Assembly: GCA_965216755.1 (NCBI GenBank)
Contig: CBDCGL010000011.1
Location: forward strand, 4,480,001 to 4,544,000
Reading direction: 5' to 3'
Source of the DNA: Alphaproteobacteria bacterium
Lineage (GTDB): Bacteria > Pseudomonadota > Alphaproteobacteria > UBA7887
Length of the DNA stretch: 64,000 nucleotides
Part shown: one piece after another, positions 59,021 through 64,000 of the stretch
Position numbering within the stretch: the stretch's first letter is position 1
Layout: each line of letters begins with the position of its first letter
Made by a program: the position numbers and the translations under genes
Notes under the pieces: generated by a model
Databases searched by the model: none
What the model saw: the letters and a program-made list of their open reading frames with translations, nothing else
What the model was told of the DNA's origin: nothing

Positions 59021-59135
59021 TCGCTCGCAATCCTCCCATTGAGGCGCCAGTTGATTATGTTTGGCGCCATGACCTCGCCAGGCGAGAATAGCATACTCGT
59101 TGACGCCTTCGGAATCCGACTCCCCGTGTCAACAT

Positions 59136-60404
59136 TTACGCATCAAGAACCAAGTCGGTCTTGGGAATCGCGATGCATGTCAGGCACGTACCGGCTTTGA
59201 CCTCGGCGGTCGGCTCAGTCAGATAGGTGACTTCGCCCGTCCGGATTGCCGTCACACAGGTTCCGCAATTGCCGACCCGGCAGCCAAAATCTATGGGTAC
59301 GGTGTTGGCTTGCGCCAGATCCAAAAGCGATCCTGCCGCGCCAGTCCATTTCGCCGTGCGGTTTGAGCGTTCAAAACTCACGGCCAAAGGGGTCTCGTCT
59401 TTGTCGTCGGCGACACCGGGTGCAGCGGCGCCTTGGACGCTGGCCGCCGCAAACGCTTCGCGATGCACGCGATCGTCCGGAACGCCCCATTTTCGGAGAT
59501 CCCCGCTCACTTGGGTCATCATCGCGGGCGGCCCGCAGATAAAGAAATCGTAGTTGGACGAGGGCAGTGTGTCTTTCAGATGATCGATCGAGATATGGCC
59601 CTTCAGATCGTAATCGGACTCGCCGTCCAGTCCCGGCCGTGGGCTGCTATAGGCGACGGTGACGTGAATGTTTTCGTTATCCAGATCAAAATCGCGTAGG
59701 CGCTCTTTGGTAAGATGCTCCAAGCCATTGCGCACACCGTAGAAAACCCAAACTTCACGCTTGCTGCCTGTTTCCACAATCGCGTCGAGCATGCTCAATA
59801 TGGGCGTGATGCCGATGCCGCCGGCGATCAACACCAAAGGCGAGTTTTCCAGCGGATCGATCGTGAAGTTGCCGCTGGGCGCGATCACGTCGATCAGGTC
59901 GCCCGCGTGCATGCCCCGATGCAAATGATTGGAAACCAGCCCCTCCGGCGCCGTATCGTTCTTGGCCGGGGCGGCCAGTCGCTTGACAGTGATTTGATAC
60001 TCGTCCGGCTCCGGCGTCCATTGCGACAGTGAATAGCAGCGCACCACCGGCCGCGGCTGGTCTTTCATGGCAAACCGAAAGGTCAGGAACTGGCCGGGTC
60101 GGTACGGGGGCAGGGGGCGATGATCGTGAGGCACCAAGCGAAACGAGGCGATATTGTCCGCTTCCGGAACGACTTCCGAGATTTCGAACTTGCGATAACC
60201 GCTCCAGCCAAAATTGACCCGATCCGTTTCCCCCTGAGTGGTCGCGGCCGCGGCCATCACATTTTGCCTGAGCACTTCCAGGGACAAGCGCCGCCGGTCG
60301 CGTTCGAAGGTCGAGCGCCTGGCAGATTCGACCAGCATCATCGTGGCTTGCGCCAATACCAACGCGATGATCAAGGCACCGGCAATTTGAACCAGCAATG
60401 CCAT
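59136..60404 (-). CDS. membrane-anchored FAD/NAD(P)H-binding reductase with C-terminal 2Fe-2S domain
   Basis: N-terminal TM, PGQFL, RCYSLS, GLVS, IAGGIGITP, FFICGP, and CRVGNCGTC...C. Confidence 0.92.
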   Translation of the reverse strand: MALLVQIAGALIIALVLAQATMMLVESARRSTFERDRRRLSLEVLRQNVMAAAATTQGETDRVNFGWSGYRKFEISEVVPEADNIASFRLVPHDHRPLPPYRPGQFLTFRFAMKDQPRPVVRCYSLSQWTPEPDEYQITVKRLAAPAKNDTAPEGLVSNHLHRGMHAGDLIDVIAPSGNFTIDPLENSPLVLIAGGIGITPILSMLDAIVETGSKREVWVFYGVRNGLEHLTKERLRDFDLDNENIHVTVAYSSPRPGLDGESDYDLKGHISIDHLKDTLPSSNYDFFICGPPAMMTQVSGDLRKWGVPDDRVHREAFAAASVQGAAAPGVADDKDETPLAVSFERSNRTAKWTGAAGSLLDLAQANTVPIDFGCRVGNCGTCVTAIRTGEVTYLTEPTAEVKAGTCLTCIAIPKTDLVLDA

Positions 60405-60468
60405 CACGCGCGTGGCTCCTTGGTTGGTCTTGACGATGGGACGTTCACGGCAGCCAGACCGAGTAGAA

Positions 60469-61887
60469 CTAGAACTTAACCTGAATCTCGGTTCGCGCGC
60501 CAAAACCGGCGCCCTCTGTCTCGGTCATCGAGCCGAACAAATCCAATTGCCAAAACGCCTGATTGTGAATTTGCAATTGATAGCGGCCGCCCAGCGCAAA
60601 CGCGTCTGAGTCAGACCCGTCGGCTGATTTCCGCGCGCCAAACTCAAGCACCAATTGTTCACGGTTGTTTGGGACCAAGAACCATTGGTGGCCGACCGAA
60701 AACCCGATAACGTCCTTGGCGCGATTGCTGAGCGCCGAACCAAAACGGCCGAGGCGCTGCGACGCGAACAGGATTCCGGCGCGTCCCAGCGGCCCGCCGA
60801 CCTGCGGATCACGGGCGGCCATGGTGAATTCATCCAATGCTGCGAACGCGGTGGCGTAGAGAATGTTGTCCGTACCCAAGGGTGTCGTCGACACATCGGC
60901 GAATAACAGATAGCCGTCCTTGGCAGCACGCGTGTCGCCGTCGAATGCCTGCGAGGTCATGAAGCGAAACGACGATGTCCAAAGCCCGAAACGTTGTACC
61001 GCGCTGAGACCCAAATAGGCCGCGTCACCGCCATTGTCGTCGGACGCCACATAGATTGCGTCCAAAGCCACGGTGCTCTTGTAAAAATCCGCCTCGTTGA
61101 ACAGCCCAAACAATTGCGCGTTGCTGTCCACGTCACTGTCGCCGCGGCTCACCTCGCCCCAACCATAAAGCCCAGAGACCCGCAAGTTCGCGCCGCCGGG
61201 AACGGTCAGGGAATTGCGCACGATGCCAATCGAGTCGAGCGCGGTATCGTCGATCAGGATCCCTTGTTGATAGGAGATCGCCTGACGCCCGACCGCAAAG
61301 CCATAGTCGAGGGTGCCGGAATCGTCCCGGTCCAGGTCGGGAAACAGTTCGCCGAAATCGCCTTCGAAAAACAGGGTGCGCACGTTGCCGTTGAAGCTTT
61401 CAAACGAGCCGCGCTCTGAGTCCGGCCCCAGCGTATAGCCGGTGTAGTTGACGCCTTGTCGCAACGGGTTGATTCCCAACAGCAATCTTTCCGTGCCCGT
61501 GAGCTGCAGATTGGCAAACAGATCGAGCGAGTTGGCCCATTCGGTGATTGGCTTGCGATCACCGCGGTCGAAGCTCTGCAAAGCCGTACGATAGGTTCCA
61601 AAGACCCACAAGGACGGTCGCCAGACGGCGCCGGTTGGCAGTTCCCAGCCCGGCTCGATATTGCCGACTTCCAGGAACGGGTCGCCAAATATCACCAGTG
61701 GTTTCGCCTGTGGCGGCAGCTCATCGACGACGTAGGGTACGGGCTCATCGGGTAGACTACGGCCGTAGATGCTGACCGCCGCGTCAACGGACCCGCATTC
61801 GAACGCCACCCATCCCGCCGCTCCAGCGATCGCCCATGCTGTAAAGTGCCACCGTCGGCGACACCAATCGCCCACCCGTTCCGCCAT
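60469..61887 (-). CDS. putative outer-membrane beta-barrel (porin-like)
   Basis: Signal-like N-terminus, alternating aromatic/polar beta-strands, GRQ motif, and C-terminal beta-signal TEIQVKF. Confidence 0.72.
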   Translation of the reverse strand: MAERVGDWCRRRWHFTAWAIAGAAGWVAFECGSVDAAVSIYGRSLPDEPVPYVVDELPPQAKPLVIFGDPFLEVGNIEPGWELPTGAVWRPSLWVFGTYRTALQSFDRGDRKPITEWANSLDLFANLQLTGTERLLLGINPLRQGVNYTGYTLGPDSERGSFESFNGNVRTLFFEGDFGELFPDLDRDDSGTLDYGFAVGRQAISYQQGILIDDTALDSIGIVRNSLTVPGGANLRVSGLYGWGEVSRGDSDVDSNAQLFGLFNEADFYKSTVALDAIYVASDDNGGDAAYLGLSAVQRFGLWTSSFRFMTSQAFDGDTRAAKDGYLLFADVSTTPLGTDNILYATAFAALDEFTMAARDPQVGGPLGRAGILFASQRLGRFGSALSNRAKDVIGFSVGHQWFLVPNNREQLVLEFGARKSADGSDSDAFALGGRYQLQIHNQAFWQLDLFGSMTETEGAGFGARTEIQVKF

Positions 61888-61907
61888 TTGCGACCTCGAC
61901 GACGTTA

Positions 61908-63842
61908 TTATTCGATTTCAAACTCGACTATCTTACGAGCGGCGACCGTGTGTCCGTCAACCAGGGCGTCGCCGACCGATCGTGGGCTCATGTTGAAGTC
62001 GAAGCCGACATCTTGAATTGCGTGGATCAAGTTTATCGGCACCATGCCAACAACGATTTCGACCTCAGCCGTGTAGGGACCGTAAACAATTAGTTCTTCA
62101 CCCGGCACCGTATAGGCGGTGCGGCGGCTGCCGAGCGGTTCGATGCCGCGCTTGTGGATGCGCGCGCTAAGTGGCCGACCGGTCAGAATGGTCGACCGTG
62201 TCGCCGGGCGAACAAACGGCAGCACATCGAGTGAATAGTTGGCGGCCAAGACTTGCTCGCGTTCGCCGCCGCGATTGTTCAGGGTCACAAAAAACGATTG
62301 CAGGCTATACAGCTGATCATCCAGCGGCACATCGCCACTGAGCACCAATTGCGAATGGGAATCGCGCAGGTCGCCGTTGCTGTCCAGGTCGCCAGAGACG
62401 AACACGGGTTGATCATCGCTGTCATATACGGTCACCCGCAGCCAGACGAGACGTTCCGCAATAAAGCCGGTCGGCACATTGTGTCCGTCGGTCCCGTTCC
62501 TAATTTCGACGTTGAGGCGAATGCCGTTGCGATCAGCTTTTTCAATGATCACCTCGCCGATCTTGAAGCCGGCACTGAGTACTTCTTGGCGCTTCGCCTT
62601 GGCCCAGGCGAGCAGCTCGAATTGGTCATCAAGGATATCGCGCGCGTCATAGCGATCATCGATCGTGCGCCAGCGTTCCGGAAATGTGTAATCCTCCGGC
62701 ACGTTGTCTTCGAACGAATCAGTGCCCCAACCGGCCTCATAATCGAACGTCAGCCACTCCTCCAACGTGGCCATGCGCGCGGCTTCGACATTGTGCGGAA
62801 AGATCCCCGGATGCACGATTGAATGGTCCGGACCGGCGAAATAATGATTGGTCAACTTGCGCGGCTCTGTCGCCACGCCGCCGATCTCTGCCGCCGGCCC
62901 GTGTTCGTATCCGGACACCACGCCCTGCACCTTGCCCATATGGCAATCGTGGCACGTGGCGCCGCCATCGGCACCGCTATTGCGCAAATCGTTGGCCGGT
63001 GACGTCTTGAATTCACTAAATGCTTCTTCCAGTCGAAACCCGTTGGGCAGTGTCACATCGTGGCAGGTACCGCAAAAGCCCGGCTCGACCATCTGGAAAA
63101 AACGTTCGGCCTCGGTGTGGATCTTGCGACCCGGCTGGTCCGCGTCGGTGACCACTTTGTAACGATTCCGGTTGTCGAGGACCCGATTGAGTTCGTCACC
63201 CCCCGTTGGGCCGCGCACCGGCTTTAGGATGTCGCCTTGGTCGATGGCCATGCGACCACTGATCTTGCCATACGCTTGGCTGACACGATGACAGACCACG
63301 CAGGTGATGCCTTCGCGTGACGTGGGATGCCGGTCGAGATTGTTAGTGGCGATGCCTTCGCCGAGATTCATGCCCACCTGGTTGTGACAGCGGATGCAGA
63401 AGTCACCCACCGTGCCACTCAGGCGATCATAGCTAAATCTCTGCATGGCCATGTAAATTGGGCTCAGCTGGGCATAGGAATGTTGTGAGACGGACCACTC
63501 GCGATAGTGTTTCGGGTGGCAGGTCATGCAGGTCGTCGCCGAGGGGTAGCGATCTTCCAGAAACAGGGCTTCGTGGGCCGCGGCCGCAGTCGAACCCGCT
63601 AGCGCACCCGGTTCGTCTTCAGCTTCAGTATCAGCGTCGGCCGTCGGTTCATCGAGTGGTACTTCGTCGTCGCCGAGCAAGTCGTCGCCACCCAAAAGGT
63701 CGTCGCCGCCGAGCAAGTCATCATCTGCAAGCAGCGTGTCGTCGCCAAGTAGGTTGTCATCTTGCGCAAGACTTGGCCCGGCCAAAGTAAGCGCCGCCGC
63801 CATGCCGATCGCCATAGCAACTCGCGAGAACCTGATTTGCAT
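61908..63842 (-). CDS. exported pentaheme c-type cytochrome (c554/c-prime-like N-terminal region) with acidic repeat
   Basis: Signal peptide ending SLA-Q; CMTCH, CIRCH, CVVCH, CGTCH, CHDCH; YREWSVSQH; GHNVPTG in a beta-rich C-terminal domain. Confidence 0.9.
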   Translation of the reverse strand: MQIRFSRVAMAIGMAAALTLAGPSLAQDDNLLGDDTLLADDDLLGGDDLLGGDDLLGDDEVPLDEPTADADTEAEDEPGALAGSTAAAAHEALFLEDRYPSATTCMTCHPKHYREWSVSQHSYAQLSPIYMAMQRFSYDRLSGTVGDFCIRCHNQVGMNLGEGIATNNLDRHPTSREGITCVVCHRVSQAYGKISGRMAIDQGDILKPVRGPTGGDELNRVLDNRNRYKVVTDADQPGRKIHTEAERFFQMVEPGFCGTCHDVTLPNGFRLEEAFSEFKTSPANDLRNSGADGGATCHDCHMGKVQGVVSGYEHGPAAEIGGVATEPRKLTNHYFAGPDHSIVHPGIFPHNVEAARMATLEEWLTFDYEAGWGTDSFEDNVPEDYTFPERWRTIDDRYDARDILDDQFELLAWAKAKRQEVLSAGFKIGEVIIEKADRNGIRLNVEIRNGTDGHNVPTGFIAERLVWLRVTVYDSDDQPVFVSGDLDSNGDLRDSHSQLVLSGDVPLDDQLYSLQSFFVTLNNRGGEREQVLAANYSLDVLPFVRPATRSTILTGRPLSARIHKRGIEPLGSRRTAYTVPGEELIVYGPYTAEVEIVVGMVPINLIHAIQDVGFDFNMSPRSVGDALVDGHTVAARKIVEFEIE

Positions 63843-63984
63843 CGGAAAATTCCCCGTTCCCTGACGTTTCCGAGCTTGCAACTTTGCCCTGAAACCGATC
63901 GACTCTCCACCACGTCTCATTATACGGCGATCGTGTTGAACCCGACCACCTCAACGCCATGTTAGGGGGCATGGCGCGCCTATC

Positions 63985-64000
63985 TATGAACAAGGTCACA
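63985..64000. promoter_or_regulatory. CRP-family-like operator upstream of the multiheme cluster
   Basis: TATGA-ACAAGG-TCACA, 9/10 to TGTGA-N6-TCACA. A minus-strand TATAAT lies at 63919-63924. The site sits at the window edge. Confidence 0.4.

Noticed and set aside
61908-63842. Calling the pentaheme protein NrfA or HAO, or the decaheme protein MtrA
   Set aside because: No CxxCK motif (NrfA); only five hemes (HAO has eight); the decaheme protein has a TM anchor and a 6+4 split unlike compact MtrA.

Overview
A GC-rich, gene-dense stretch of an alphaproteobacterial chromosome, probably Rhodospirillales-like (inferred from the usg-CIRCE-groESL arrangement, Caulobacter-type cpa/tad genes and CtrA-like boxes). 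From left to right it holds: small-molecule catabolic genes (hydrolases, amidase, SDR, class V aminotransferase, FAD/Fe-S oxidoreductase); an atypical diheme peroxidase-family gene; an intact IS5-family (IS427-type) element inserted exactly in the msrA stop codon; a PhyH dioxygenase-TRAP(2x DctP)-glutamine-synthetase-like unit; OmpA and ydbH-ynbE-ydbL; a P450; an ECF sigma factor; an HtrA-like pseudoprotease; usg/groESL; a Tad pilus cluster with no pilin gene; an orphan degenerate UreF; and tamAB. The most notable element is a seven-gene minus-strand cluster (52926-63842). It encodes a pentaheme cytochrome, an outer-membrane beta-barrel, a membrane-anchored FAD/NAD(P)H/2Fe-2S reductase, a c554-like tetraheme cytochrome, a protein fusing two cyclic-nucleotide-binding domains to a 4x[4Fe-4S] module, an H-x13-H diheme-b membrane protein and a membrane-anchored decaheme cytochrome. 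Together these look like a cyclic-nucleotide-responsive electron wire spanning the whole cell envelope. No rRNA, tRNA or CRISPR array was recognised. All functional calls come from visual motif recognition; no database searches were run.
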